A stretch of DNA of 64,000 nt from positions 128,001 to 192,000 of the forward strand of contig JBGPGO010000002.1 of NCBI GenBank assembly GCA_041483895.1. The letters run 5' to 3'. Under the pieces are notes generated by a model that saw only the letters and a list, made by a program, of their open reading frames with translations, did not search any database and was not told the DNA's origin. A program made the translations under genes and the position numbers. How positions within the stretch are numbered: position 1 is the first letter of the stretch; the number at the start of each line of letters is the position of its first letter. Positions 9,083 to 18,773 of the stretch are shown one piece after another. Source of the stretch: Fimbriimonadia bacterium (GTDB taxonomy: Bacteria > Armatimonadota > Fimbriimonadia > Fimbriimonadales > JABRVX01).

Positions 9083-11020
9083 CTACTTGTCAACAAAAAC
9101 GCCCACGGAAGACTCCGATGGTTTGTCCCGCTGCGTCGTCCAATTGGGGAGCTCCACGCCGTTTTTGGCCCAAGGCGCGGCAGCCGGGTAAGTGTCCGTG
9201 CCGCCAAGATCGATGAACACACCGAGGCATAGCGCGTGCCCCCGAATCAGATCGGCCGGATCGTTGGCGCTCGATTTGCCCAGAGTGATGCCGCTCGACT
9301 CATAAACATCATCGCCGCCCAAATCGATGAAAACGCCCATCCCGTTCGCATTTCCACCGCCAAGAGATAGATTTGGCGCGCTATGTTTATCGTTTCCCGC
9401 GTCGTCGATAAGGAAACCGATCGAAAAGTCATGCCCGGCCCCTTGCGCCATGTTCATGGTTGCCTGGTACGTGTCGTTCCCGGCTGCGTCGTGAAGAATG
9501 CCGATTGAAAAATGCGCCGCCGCGCCCTGCACGTACCACACGCCCTTATAGGCATCGTTGCCCCCGGCATCGATCAGCGCGCCAACTCCCTTCCAATACC
9601 CTACCCCTTGACCGAACACGCCGCATGAATATTCGTCATCTCCGCCGCCATCGTACAAAACACCAATCCCACCGCCCTGCGAATAGCCGTCGCTGAAATC
9701 CGCTCGACGGCCAAATCCCGCGCCCTGCGCCATGCTGGTGTTGTGTTCCTTGCTCTGGGCGCTCGGGTCATCGATCACGGTGTCGTTTGCCACATATTTG
9801 TCGTCGCCCGCACCGTCCACCAGCGCGCCATATCCCAACAACAGGCCGCATCCCTGGCTGAGTCCGAAACACTGATACCTGTCCTTTCCCACAGAGTCGA
9901 TAAGCATCCCGATCCCTTTCAAGGCGCAACCCTGCGATCGGGAATAGGCGTCGTATACGTCATCGCCCGCGCCATCCCAGACGACCGCAAGGCCATAGGT
10001 CGCGCTGCCTTGGCTCCAACCGGTTGTGCGGTATAGGTCATTGCCCTCTACGTCATACAGCAGGCTGACGCCGCACAGCGCGCCTCCGATTCCAGGTCCG
10101 GAGTCTTTTCGGTCCGCGCTTTCCGCGATCGACGCGGTAGCCAGCCCGGGTCGGGAGAGATACTTGTCGTCACCATGGGTATCCAAGATGATGCTAATTC
10201 CGTGCGCCGCGTCCATCGTGGTCGCGCCACCATAATAGGTATCGTTGCCGCCGGTATCGACGATCAAGAGATAGGGCTTCTTTGCATAGGTGTCCGCCGA
10301 TTTACCGTTGAGCGCGATCCATCCCGCAGCGGTCTCCACCTCAAAGTGGAAATTCGCATCCACCTTTTTCAGCGCGTCCATTGCCTTCTCGCATACGATC
10401 ATCAGGTCGATGGACGCAGACGCCATGGTGCGTAGGTCCACGTCTCGGGCCAGCCGCGTTTCCGCGTCGATGGTTGCGGCAGATTCATCGGTCTTTGTCA
10501 GGATCGTCCATGCCTCTCCAACGCCTCCGGCAACGGTGAAGGAGACTCGCCGGGCCTCCATCGCGGGGATGGTGGCGCGCAAGACCGGCAAGACAGCCTT
10601 CACCACATCCGCCGGCACTTCCCCTCCAAATTTGCTTTTGTCGCCTGGGCCGCCCGCCGCCTTGTCCACCTCCGCCACAGCCGACGCCAGATCGCCTTCG
10701 CCGCTGAAGCCCGCGGTGGGATCGCCGAGCAATGTCCTGCGGATTCCCAGCCCAACAAGCCTTCCTCCGCTCATCACCCCTTCCGAAGCCTTCGGTATGC
10801 CCGCGGAGGCAAATTTGCCAAGGACGAGCGTGTTGTCGGGAATACGCCAGGGCGATTCCCAAAACATGTCGAAGGAACCGAGCACAAACTCATCGAAATC
10901 ATAATATCGAAGGATGTTTTTATCGAAGAGCGCGGTTTCTTTTGTCAACCCGGCGAGTGCCAGGGCGGAGTCATACGGATTGTTTGCGGCGGCCATGAGG
11001 GCGAGCATACAGAAGATCAT
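9083..11020 (-). CDS. Secreted protein with many LxDxxGDDxY / QGxG repeats (probable Ca-binding beta-solenoid), function unknown
   Basis: Hydrophobic N-terminus MIFCMLALMAAA; about 11 DxGGDDxY-type repeats in C-terminal half; start uncertain. Confidence 0.75.
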   Translation of the reverse strand: MIFCMLALMAAANNPYDSALALAGLTKETALFDKNILRYYDFDEFVLGSFDMFWESPWRIPDNTLVLGKFASAGIPKASEGVMSGGRLVGLGIRRTLLGDPTAGFSGEGDLASAVAEVDKAAGGPGDKSKFGGEVPADVVKAVLPVLRATIPAMEARRVSFTVAGGVGEAWTILTKTDESAATIDAETRLARDVDLRTMASASIDLMIVCEKAMDALKKVDANFHFEVETAAGWIALNGKSADTYAKKPYLLIVDTGGNDTYYGGATTMDAAHGISIILDTHGDDKYLSRPGLATASIAESADRKDSGPGIGGALCGVSLLYDVEGNDLYRTTGWSQGSATYGLAVVWDGAGDDVYDAYSRSQGCALKGIGMLIDSVGKDRYQCFGLSQGCGLLLGYGALVDGAGDDKYVANDTVIDDPSAQSKEHNTSMAQGAGFGRRADFSDGYSQGGGIGVLYDGGGDDEYSCGVFGQGVGYWKGVGALIDAGGNDAYKGVWYVQGAAAHFSIGILHDAAGNDTYQATMNMAQGAGHDFSIGFLIDDAGNDKHSAPNLSLGGGNANGMGVFIDLGGDDVYESSGITLGKSSANDPADLIRGHALCLGVFIDLGGTDTYPAAAPWAKNGVELPNWTTQRDKPSESSVGVFVDK

Positions 11021-12197
11021 GGTGATTCTGTTTCTGGCATGGCCGATAATTCCTGCCGCTGCCCAATCGCCCTTCGAGGCGCCTCCCAAACCGTTCCCCT
11101 CTACCGTGAGCCCACCCAAAGATGTCCAGGGGCTGATCTACCGAACCATTACATTCCCCTCGGCCATCCAGAGCGCAGAGCCCAAAAACAACACGGTCAA
11201 CGCGATTCTGATCGAACCGAAGGACATCGTGGGCAGACCGCCGGTTGTAATCATGCTGCATGGCCTGGGTGTGGTCAACCATGATGTCGAACGGCGCATT
11301 GCCTACCGGATGGCCCGGAATGGGATCGCCTCTCTCTTGGTCACACTGCCCTATCACATCGAGCGCACCCCGGAGGGCAAGCAAAGCGGAACCATGATGT
11401 TGCGGACGGACGTGGCGTCGATCCGGATGAACATCATCCAGACGGTTTCAGATGTTCGCCGCGCGATCGATTGGCTGGATACCACCGAACTGGTGGATGC
11501 GAAGAAGGTCGGGGTTTTGGGGGTCAGCCTTGGCGCCATCCTCGCCTGCGTCGCGGCATCTATTGACCCGCGAATCGAATATTCCGCGCTGCTGCTCGCC
11601 GGCGGGGATCTGGCCCATATCATTTGGAGCAGCTCCCTAACCATCCCCTTGCGCGATGATCTAAGAAAAAATGGCTGGACGGAGGTCCGATTGCGCCAGG
11701 CGATTCAGGACGTGGATCCGCTCCCTTATGCCACGCCACAGCAGGGCCTGAACACATTTCTCGTCGGCGCGCTCTTCGACACGATCATTCCCGAGCAGGA
11801 TACGGAGAAGCTGCACAAGGCATTGGGCTCGCCTCCCATGCTGTGGCTGGAGACAAACCATTATGGGTCGGCGCTCGTCGAGCAACGGGTGTTCCGCCTG
11901 GCCGCCGATTTTTTCGAGGCTCGGTTTTCCGGACGCGACTGGATACCTCCCGCCTCCATCCATGCGCCGACAATCCGGTTAGGGCTGACCCTTGACTCGG
12001 GCGAGAAGCTGCAGATCGCCGCCGCATTGGACCTGTGGCGATCCAACCGGCAAGGCGAGTTTTTTGCGGCCGGCCTGCTGTCTCCGCGCGGGTTGGCGCT
12101 GTTTACGGGCTGGCGGGGTCCGCTTGGCGTGGCTGCCGGTCTAATCGCTTATCCAAAGCGGACGGTCCCCGGCATCCTTTGGCATTTCATTCTTTGA
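11019..12197 (+). CDS. Secreted alpha/beta hydrolase
   Basis: Signal-like N-terminus, MLHG, nucleophile elbow GVSLG, DTIIP, NHY; start may be 10995. Confidence 0.85.
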   Translation: MVILFLAWPIIPAAAQSPFEAPPKPFPSTVSPPKDVQGLIYRTITFPSAIQSAEPKNNTVNAILIEPKDIVGRPPVVIMLHGLGVVNHDVERRIAYRMARNGIASLLVTLPYHIERTPEGKQSGTMMLRTDVASIRMNIIQTVSDVRRAIDWLDTTELVDAKKVGVLGVSLGAILACVAASIDPRIEYSALLLAGGDLAHIIWSSSLTIPLRDDLRKNGWTEVRLRQAIQDVDPLPYATPQQGLNTFLVGALFDTIIPEQDTEKLHKALGSPPMLWLETNHYGSALVEQRVFRLAADFFEARFSGRDWIPPASIHAPTIRLGLTLDSGEKLQIAAALDLWRSNRQGEFFAAGLLSPRGLALFTGWRGPLGVAAGLIAYPKRTVPGILWHFIL

Positions 12198-12231
12198 CAG
12201 GAGGCAACGCGCGGCTACCGAAGTGGCGTCC

Positions 12232-13020
12232 ATGCTGACGGATGAGCAACGGCTCGCATACGAAGATCATCTCGTGGAGGCGTACCTCGCTCTCGGCGGC
12301 CCTTCGCCGGGCGCTGAAATCATTCGCGAGACCAAGTATCATGCCGTGTTTTCCGATTTCGGCCATCCGATGGGGAACTTCGCGATGCGGCTTCGATTTG
12401 CCGATCAGGAAGAGGCATCTAAGGGGATTGACGATCTCATTGGATGCTTCCGGCGAAAACGGGCGCCCGTTCGCATCTACCTTTCCGGCCTGGAAACGCC
12501 GGCGGGTCTCGCCCGGACCCTTCGGCAGAAGCGGATGTACGAGGCCTTTACCATGCATCAAATGGCCATGCCAATACCGCTGGCAGCACGTTCGGGCCCG
12601 GAATGCCGGTTGCTCACAACGGAGCCGGAGCTTCGCGAGGCCGGCCGGTTCTGCGCCGAACAGTTCTTTTCCGGAGCTCCGCCGGTGGTGCTGGCCAAAG
12701 TGGCGGACGTCATGGGCCAGGCGATGGTGAATATACTTGAAAACCAGACCGGTGCGGTGGCTGGAATCCAGGAGGGGGGCGCGCTTGTCAGCATGGGGCT
12801 CGCGTACACCAGCGGCTCGGTGGCCGGGATTTTCAACGTCGCGACAATGGACCGATGGCGGCGAAAAGGGTTCGGAACGGCCATCACCTGCCGTCTATTG
12901 GAGCTCGCTGCCGCGGCGGATTGCCGCTTCGCCACCCTGCAAGCGATGGCGTCGGTCAAGGGGATGTATGAGAAATTGGGGTTCTCCACGTTCGATTCCC
13001 TCCGCTGCTTCGTAGAATGA
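12232..13020 (+). CDS. GNAT family N-acetyltransferase
   Basis: C-terminal NVAT..RWRRKGFGTA, LQA, MYEKLGF. Confidence 0.85.
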   Translation: MLTDEQRLAYEDHLVEAYLALGGPSPGAEIIRETKYHAVFSDFGHPMGNFAMRLRFADQEEASKGIDDLIGCFRRKRAPVRIYLSGLETPAGLARTLRQKRMYEAFTMHQMAMPIPLAARSGPECRLLTTEPELREAGRFCAEQFFSGAPPVVLAKVADVMGQAMVNILENQTGAVAGIQEGGALVSMGLAYTSGSVAGIFNVATMDRWRRKGFGTAITCRLLELAAAADCRFATLQAMASVKGMYEKLGFSTFDSLRCFVE

Positions 13021-13111
13021 GAATTTTTTCACAAACCTTAAAGAAAATCAAGAATTCTTGACCAGAGCGAAAAGTGTTGTTATACTAGAGTGGTAATACG
13101 GGAGGCCGAAG

Positions 13112-14002
13112 CTGAAAGCCCGGCAGGCATTCACTCTAATTGAGTTGTTGATAGTTCTGGCGATCATCACTGTGCTCGCTGGGATGTTATTTCCTGTGTT
13201 TCGCTCGGCCATGACCGCTGCCCGTCAATCCGCCTGTATTTCGAACTCGCATTCCGTCTCCTTGGCGATGGGGATGTACTTGGACGAATACAACCTCCGA
13301 TTTCCTCCCGCAAATTACCACGCCTACATCCCCGGCCCGCCGGATCACGAGGATCGCACTTGGGTACAGATTGTCTCGCGATACGCAAGGTCGATGGATG
13401 TATTTGAATGCCCCGCAGATAACGGCCGGCAAATTCAACCGGAGATTACGGCGGCGGATGACATGGATGCAGCTCCGGATAACGATTGGGGTGAATTCTA
13501 TATCCGTTCCCTGCGGACCAATTACGGATTCAATTACGTCTATCTGTCCCCCGTGGTATTCGATGAGTCGAACGGTACATACCGCTCATTTCCTTCGAGG
13601 AATTCAGCGATCAAGAATCAGTCTAAAACCTTGCTCTTCGTCGACAGCGTATGGAGCCGTGACAAGAACGGTCATCCGGTTGGGGGCGGGCAATGGATCG
13701 TCTATCCGCCGTGCCAAAACGTCGTCGAGAACTTGAACAGGTGGGATTCATTCCCAACAGTGACCCAGGACCACGCCCTGTATAGAAAAATCGCGCCGGA
13801 CGGTTGGGATAAGGATCCGCTGTCTGGGAACCGCTTTGGCGGAGCTTGGGGTTGGCATGATGGAAAAGCGACACAGATGTTCGCTGACGGGCACGCCGCC
13901 ACCCGTCCCATCAATTCCCTATATGACGGCTGCCAGTTCCAAGAAGCTTGGCAGGGAGTGATCGTAAACCAATCCAAGTACATCTGGGATCCAGCGGAGT
14001 AA
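13112..14002 (+). CDS. Prepilin-type N-terminal cleavage/methylation protein with DUF1559 and H-X9-DG motif
   Basis: [49 protein letters not shown] start at 13112 after GGAGG (in-frame TAA at 13094). Confidence 0.88.
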   Translation: MKARQAFTLIELLIVLAIITVLAGMLFPVFRSAMTAARQSACISNSHSVSLAMGMYLDEYNLRFPPANYHAYIPGPPDHEDRTWVQIVSRYARSMDVFECPADNGRQIQPEITAADDMDAAPDNDWGEFYIRSLRTNYGFNYVYLSPVVFDESNGTYRSFPSRNSAIKNQSKTLLFVDSVWSRDKNGHPVGGGQWIVYPPCQNVVENLNRWDSFPTVTQDHALYRKIAPDGWDKDPLSGNRFGGAWGWHDGKATQMFADGHAATRPINSLYDGCQFQEAWQGVIVNQSKYIWDPAE

Positions 14003-14004
14003 TC

Positions 14005-14229
14005 ATGGGATTTTTCCATTCAACGCCTGGCAAAATTATCGTCATCTGTTTGGGGGTCGTCGCATTGGTAGCGATCGCGTTCTTTATCAAAGGCAACGTG
14101 GGAAAGAGTGGAACCGACAGCCCGAGCGATGTTACGAATCTCTTGCCCAAATCCGACCCCAACGATCCGAACAGGGTCGAACGTCGTCCCGGCGATGCCG
14201 TCGGCGTCATGCCGAGCAAGCCGGATTAA
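14005..14229 (+). CDS. Small single-TM hypothetical protein
   Basis: GGAG RBS, ATG 14005, [19 protein letters not shown]; fills the gap between two prepilin genes. Confidence 0.65.
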   Translation: MGFFHSTPGKIIVICLGVVALVAIAFFIKGNVGKSGTDSPSDVTNLLPKSDPNDPNRVERRPGDAVGVMPSKPD

Positions 14230-14243
14230 TAAAGGAGCCATTC

Positions 14244-15134
14244 ATGCGTAACCGAGGCTTTACTCTTATCGAACTGCTCGTCGTAATCGCAATCATCGCA
14301 ATCTTAGCTGCCATTCTATTTCCGGTCTTTGCCCAGGCGCGAGCCTCGGCTAAAACTTCCATGTGCACCAGCAACTTCAAACAGGTCGGCACAGCAATCA
14401 CCATGTATCGCGGCGACAACAACGGAAAATTTCCCCAAACCAACTGGCGCGCCGCATGGGCCGGATGCAAGGTCGACCCCTTCGACCGAGTTTGGATACA
14501 ACTCCTCCAGCCGTACGTTAAGGAATGGCATATCTTCCGCTGTCCGTCCGATGTCAACAACACAGACGCGGCGCTTTCCAAGATCGATGACAACGGTGCG
14601 TGCCCGCCCCCGAAGCCAGGTTTCGAGACCTTTTACATGTGGTCTTTGCGATCGGATGCCGGATTCAACTACATCTATCTGAGTCCGGTGATCAATCAAG
14701 GTGCGGCGAAATGGCATAGCGCTCCTCTCAACGAAAGCCATGTCGCCAGCGCCGCCAACACGTTCTTGACCATTGATTCGATTTGGTTGCGCGATGCCTC
14801 CGGGGCGCCCATCGGTGGTGGAAACTGGGTCGTCGTTCCGCCGGCGCGCTATTATCGTCCGCCCGGCGGCAGCCAAGTGGATACCTTCCCATTCCCGCCG
14901 GGGACTACGCAGTTCTACGATTACGGTGGTTGGGCGGTAAATCAGCCTCTGTCCTGGCTCGTGTTCGGTGGGACTTGGCCCTGGCATCGGGACCGAAGCA
15001 TGGTGACGTTTGTGGACGGCCATACAAAGACGATGCGGCCAACGCAGCTATCCAACGGCGTTCCCAACGTCCTCCCGAATTACGGTGGGCCGATCACGGA
15101 CCTCGACGCCTATCAATGGGACGTGACCCAGTAA
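14244..15134 (+). CDS. Prepilin-type N-terminal cleavage/methylation protein with DUF1559 and H-X9-DG motif
   Basis: [59 protein letters not shown]. Confidence 0.93.
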   Translation: MRNRGFTLIELLVVIAIIAILAAILFPVFAQARASAKTSMCTSNFKQVGTAITMYRGDNNGKFPQTNWRAAWAGCKVDPFDRVWIQLLQPYVKEWHIFRCPSDVNNTDAALSKIDDNGACPPPKPGFETFYMWSLRSDAGFNYIYLSPVINQGAAKWHSAPLNESHVASAANTFLTIDSIWLRDASGAPIGGGNWVVVPPARYYRPPGGSQVDTFPFPPGTTQFYDYGGWAVNQPLSWLVFGGTWPWHRDRSMVTFVDGHTKTMRPTQLSNGVPNVLPNYGGPITDLDAYQWDVTQ

Positions 15135-15152
15135 TTTAGATCGCACTTTCCA

Positions 15153-15192
15153 GCCGGACCCATGTATTTTTCTTGGGTCCGGCCCTTTCATT
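15153..15192 (+). terminator. Probable intrinsic terminator hairpin
   Basis: GCCGGACCCA...TGGGTCCGGC followed by CCTTTCATT just after the prepilin operon. Confidence 0.6.
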
Positions 15193-15240
15193 TGAATAAC
15201 GGAACTTTCTGAGGCCCTCAAGCGTCTATACTAATACTTG

Positions 15241-15254
15241 ACCGACTAGTCGGT
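15241..15254. promoter_or_regulatory. Palindromic operator, probably for the downstream TetR
   Basis: Perfect 14-bp palindrome ACCGACTAGTCGGT just downstream of TATACT and 15 nt before the TetR ATG. Confidence 0.7.
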
Positions 15255-15269
15255 AAACCAAGTGACGAA

Positions 15270-15947
15270 ATGGCAAAGACAGGCAACCGCAAACAGGAAA
15301 TCATCGATTGTGCCCTTCGACTGATGACGGAGAAGGGCTACACGAACACCTCGATGGACGACATCGTGGTCGCCAGCGGGCTGAAAAAGGGCAGTTTGTA
15401 CTATTTCTTCCCTTCCAAGCAGGATCTGGCTGAGGAAGTGCTGGAGCATTACTGGACGAAGGCGTCCGCCGAGTTAGGCGAGATTATCAGAAATCTCTCG
15501 CCCAGCCCGACCGAGCGGGTTTTCCTGCTTTGCTCCGGGGAGCTTTTCGGCGACAGCGAGGAAAAGTTCACCGGGTGCTTCTTGGGGAACATGATTGCGG
15601 AGATGTCTTTGCTGGATGAACGGATCGGCGGAAAGGCCTGCGAGCTGCTCCAGCGGTTCGAGGACTATCTGGTCGAGGAGTTGGACGAGGGCGTCCGATT
15701 GGGCGAGTTGAGGCCGGGGGTCAAGACCCGTCTGATCGCCAGGCAGCTTGTGGCCTATTTCGAAGGTTGCCTGCTGTTGGCAAAGGGATGTCAGTGCGTC
15801 GGAACAGTGAGGGAGTTGTCGGGTGGCGTGGGCGCCATCCTGGGAGCCAATCTGGTCTCCCAATCACGCAGGGCCGAGCCGGCAAAGAAGGCGGCTCGGT
15901 TGGAGAGGGGTAAAGACGATGGTAGGACAGAACAATATCGCTCTTAG
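15270..15947 (+). CDS. TetR/AcrR family regulator (NemR/LmrA-like)
   Basis: KGYTNTSMDDIVVASGLKKGSLYYFFPSKQDL HTH; GCFLGN motif. Confidence 0.93.
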   Translation: MAKTGNRKQEIIDCALRLMTEKGYTNTSMDDIVVASGLKKGSLYYFFPSKQDLAEEVLEHYWTKASAELGEIIRNLSPSPTERVFLLCSGELFGDSEEKFTGCFLGNMIAEMSLLDERIGGKACELLQRFEDYLVEELDEGVRLGELRPGVKTRLIARQLVAYFEGCLLLAKGCQCVGTVRELSGGVGAILGANLVSQSRRAEPAKKAARLERGKDDGRTEQYRS

Positions 15948-16512
15948 CGCGTCGGTGGACACGATGTCCGATCGCGGCAAGGCGGAATTTGAAAAACTAA
16001 TGTCCAAGTCATGGCGTCGGGCGTACAACATGGCATACCAGTTGACGCGCAACGCATCGGAAGCGGAGGATCTCGTGCAAGAGACCTACGTGAAGGCTTG
16101 GAAAGGTTTTGCCAGCTTCCGGCCGGAGCGCCCGTTCATCAACTGGGTGCTGCGGATCATGCAGCGCGCATTTTTGGACCAAAAGCGGCGGGACAATCCG
16201 ATTCGGAACGCGGAGAGTTTGAACAATATGGTCAGTCCCGCGGATGGCGAAGTCCAGGAGATTCCGATCATCGATCCGGCGAGGGGGCCGGAAGAGATGG
16301 TGCTAACCGAGGAGCTTGCCGCCGAAGTGCATATGGCGCTGGCGCGGATTCCGGAGGTGTATCGCGTGGCGGTGACGCTGTGCGACATCGAGGGGATGTC
16401 CTATTCGGAGATCGCGGATATCCAGCGGACCACGGTCGGCACGGTCCGTTCGCGGATCCATAGGGGCCGCCAGATGCTGAAGAAGGAACTGGCGAAGCGC
16501 AAGCTCGCATAA
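15919..16512 (+). CDS. ECF sigma-70 factor
   Basis: AEDLVQETYVKAW, FINWVLRI, LCDIEGMSYSEIA, GTVRSRIHRGR; RBS before ATG 15919. Confidence 0.92.
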   Translation: MVGQNNIALSASVDTMSDRGKAEFEKLMSKSWRRAYNMAYQLTRNASEAEDLVQETYVKAWKGFASFRPERPFINWVLRIMQRAFLDQKRRDNPIRNAESLNNMVSPADGEVQEIPIIDPARGPEEMVLTEELAAEVHMALARIPEVYRVAVTLCDIEGMSYSEIADIQRTTVGTVRSRIHRGRQMLKKELAKRKLA

Positions 16513-16665
16513 CAAAGTTCTCTCTTCGCAATCCCCATTGTGAAGGGGAATCGAAAAGAATTCTTGTTGACGATACGCCCCGATCCCATCGGGATGTTTT
16601 TGTTCGCCGGAGTTGACGATGCGATCGTTGGTGAATTCCTAAGCGCTAAATGCGGCGCAAGACGT

Positions 16666-17319
16666 CTACTTTATTTCCTTCGGGCCTCTTTTCGCCTCAA
16701 TCTTGTCGAATTTGGCGAGCGCCTTGCGTGCCTCGGCCCTATACCAAGTTTTCGGATGATTGAGGAACCGCTCGATTTTCTTCCTCGATTGCGTGGCGCC
16801 CTTTTTTCGCAGAACGATGAGCGCGTGGCCGGCGACCTCATCGTCATCCAGCATTCGCTCCGCGACGTCTACATCTTTGGGGCTCTTCATTTTCGCAAGC
16901 GCTAGAACAACCATCTCCCGCGACTCTCCGTGCGATTTGTCGAGGCAGATCGCGGCGATCTCCTCGAACACGCTGTCGTCGTCAAGTACCTCAAGCGCAT
17001 TCCCTACGGCCCATTTGTAACCTGTTGCATCCTCACCCGGAATTGCGGTGAATTCGTTGAGCATCGGTCGCAATGCGAGTTGCTTCGCTGCCGGGATGCT
17101 GAGCGCACGAACAACGCCTTGCTTCATCCATGCCTCGTTGACTGTCGGCAAAATTGCGAGAAGAACTGGAATTGACTTATCCCAATCCCGGGGATGATTT
17201 ACGAGGTCAAATACTGATTCAACTTCAACGCCATTTTCTCGCAATGCTCGAGTAATTCTTGCGCCTTCAAGGAGCCTTATCTTGGAGTTAACAGGGGGAG
17301 GTGTGTTGGCTTGCTCCAT
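16666..17319 (-). CDS. HEAT-repeat immunity protein (orphan copy 3)
   Basis: Near-identical to 18141-18773; helical repeats (KWAVGNAL, SREMVVLAL); downstream of Rhs toxin. Confidence 0.8.
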   Translation of the reverse strand: MEQANTPPPVNSKIRLLEGARITRALRENGVEVESVFDLVNHPRDWDKSIPVLLAILPTVNEAWMKQGVVRALSIPAAKQLALRPMLNEFTAIPGEDATGYKWAVGNALEVLDDDSVFEEIAAICLDKSHGESREMVVLALAKMKSPKDVDVAERMLDDDEVAGHALIVLRKKGATQSRKKIERFLNHPKTWYRAEARKALAKFDKIEAKRGPKEIK

Positions 17320-17380
17320 AGTATTGGGTTTAGCTCAAAACCGCCTGCGGCAAGCAACTTGTGGCGAATTCTCGAAGCAC
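17277..17380 (-). pseudogene. Frameshifted remnant of a related toxin C-terminus
   Basis: Reads VLREFA / HKLLAAGGFELNPILWSKPTHLPLLTPR*, aligning with the Rhs tip TLREFLDQTLGSGGYDITDIF...HLPLLTPR*. Confidence 0.6.
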
Positions 17381-17425
17381 GTCATTGGATCTACTGTCAA
17401 CATAGTTGACAATCAGCCCTCTGTC

Positions 17426-18079
17426 TCATGGGTTGGATTTCGGAGGAATCTTACGTCCTGTCCTGGGTAGCTCGGCTGCTATCTCATCTAGGCGGTCCAG
17501 CGTTTTCTTCGCCTCCTTTCTCAACGTTGGATGGGAATGTGAAAGTAATTTCGCGACCTCATCGCGCGCTTCCACCGCCTTCATCAACTTCACTCCTGTC
17601 AATGCATGCAAGGCAACGTCATCATCGCTGAGGAGTCGGATGATCGTGGGTAGGGCCCGTCTATCTCTTAGATAACCAAGCTTCAATACCACCATTTGAC
17701 GAGATTGACCATGTCGTCGCTCTTCTGCGATGGAAATCAAATCCTCGAGAACGGACTTGTCTGCGAGAACGTACAAGGCATTCCCGATTGCCCACTTTAG
17801 TCTACCATCTTCTTCTACAGGCCTAGCAAGGAACTCATGAAGGACTGGCCCGAGCGCCTGCTTCCTAGAATGAGTAACTGATAATGCTCTCACAATGCCC
17901 TCCTTGACTCCGAGATCGGCGCATCGAGGCAAGAATTCAACGAGGACTGGTATGGCAGCTTCATCCGTCGAAGGGGAGTTTACAAGATCCCAAATATCGT
18001 TGATGATAACACCCGCCTTGCGAAGCGCCTTCACCAGTTCATCATTTTCCAATACATATGACGCTTTCAGCGGTACCAT
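17426..18079 (-). CDS. HEAT-repeat immunity protein (orphan copy 2, divergent)
   Basis: IWDLVN, IPVL, KEGIVRALS, KWAIGNAL, HGQSRQMVVL homologous to flanking copies. Confidence 0.8.
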   Translation of the reverse strand: MVPLKASYVLENDELVKALRKAGVIINDIWDLVNSPSTDEAAIPVLVEFLPRCADLGVKEGIVRALSVTHSRKQALGPVLHEFLARPVEEDGRLKWAIGNALYVLADKSVLEDLISIAEERRHGQSRQMVVLKLGYLRDRRALPTIIRLLSDDDVALHALTGVKLMKAVEARDEVAKLLSHSHPTLRKEAKKTLDRLDEIAAELPRTGRKIPPKSNP

Positions 18080-18141
18080 GTCTTCTTTCCAAATATCGGT
18101 ATCAAATCCCAGCCACCGCCGTGGGGTCCGAGGTGACGCAT
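18067..18141 (-). other. 24-codon mini-ORF resembling a toxin C-terminal tip, coupled between immunity genes 1 and 2
   Basis: ATG overlaps imm1 stop (TAATG); MRHLGPHGGGWDLIPIFGKKTWYR*; overlaps imm2 start. Confidence 0.5.
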
Positions 18142-18773
18142 TATGCATTCCTAGCCTTAGCCTCAATCTTGTCGAATTTCGCGAGCGCTTTGCGTGCTTC
18201 AGTCCGATACCAAGTCTTCGGATGATTGAGGAATTGCTCGATCTTCTCTCTCGATTTCGTTGCACCTTTTTTTCGCAGAACGATGAGCGCGTGCCCGGCG
18301 ACCTCCTCGTCGTCAAGAAGCTGCTCAGCGACCTCTACAGCCTTGGGGTTTTTCATTTTCGCAAGCGCTAGAACAACCATCTCCCGCGACTCTCCATGCG
18401 ATTTGTCAAGGCAGATCGCGGCGATCTCTTCGAAAACGGTGTCGTCCGCAAGTACCTCAAGTGCATTCCCTACGGCCCATTTGTAACCTGTCGCATCCCC
18501 ACCCGGAATTGCGGTGAATTCGTTGAGCATCGGTCGCAATGCGAGTTGCTTCGCTGCCGGGATGCTTAGCGCACGAACGACCCCTTGCTTCATCCATGCC
18601 TCGTTAACTGTCGGCAAAATTGCGAGAAGAACTGGAATTGACTTATCCCAATCCCGGGGATGATTCACGAGGTCAAACACCGAATCAACTTCAACGCCAT
18701 TTTCTCGCAATGCTCGAGTAATTCTTGCGCTTTCAAGGAGCCTTATCTCGGGGTTAATAGGGGGAGATGCCAT
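18141..18773 (-). CDS. HEAT-repeat cognate immunity protein of the Rhs toxin
   Basis: Start overlaps the last 31 nt of the toxin gene; HEAT-like helical repeats. Confidence 0.82.
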   Translation of the reverse strand: MASPPINPEIRLLESARITRALRENGVEVDSVFDLVNHPRDWDKSIPVLLAILPTVNEAWMKQGVVRALSIPAAKQLALRPMLNEFTAIPGGDATGYKWAVGNALEVLADDTVFEEIAAICLDKSHGESREMVVLALAKMKNPKAVEVAEQLLDDEEVAGHALIVLRKKGATKSREKIEQFLNHPKTWYRTEARKALAKFDKIEAKARNA

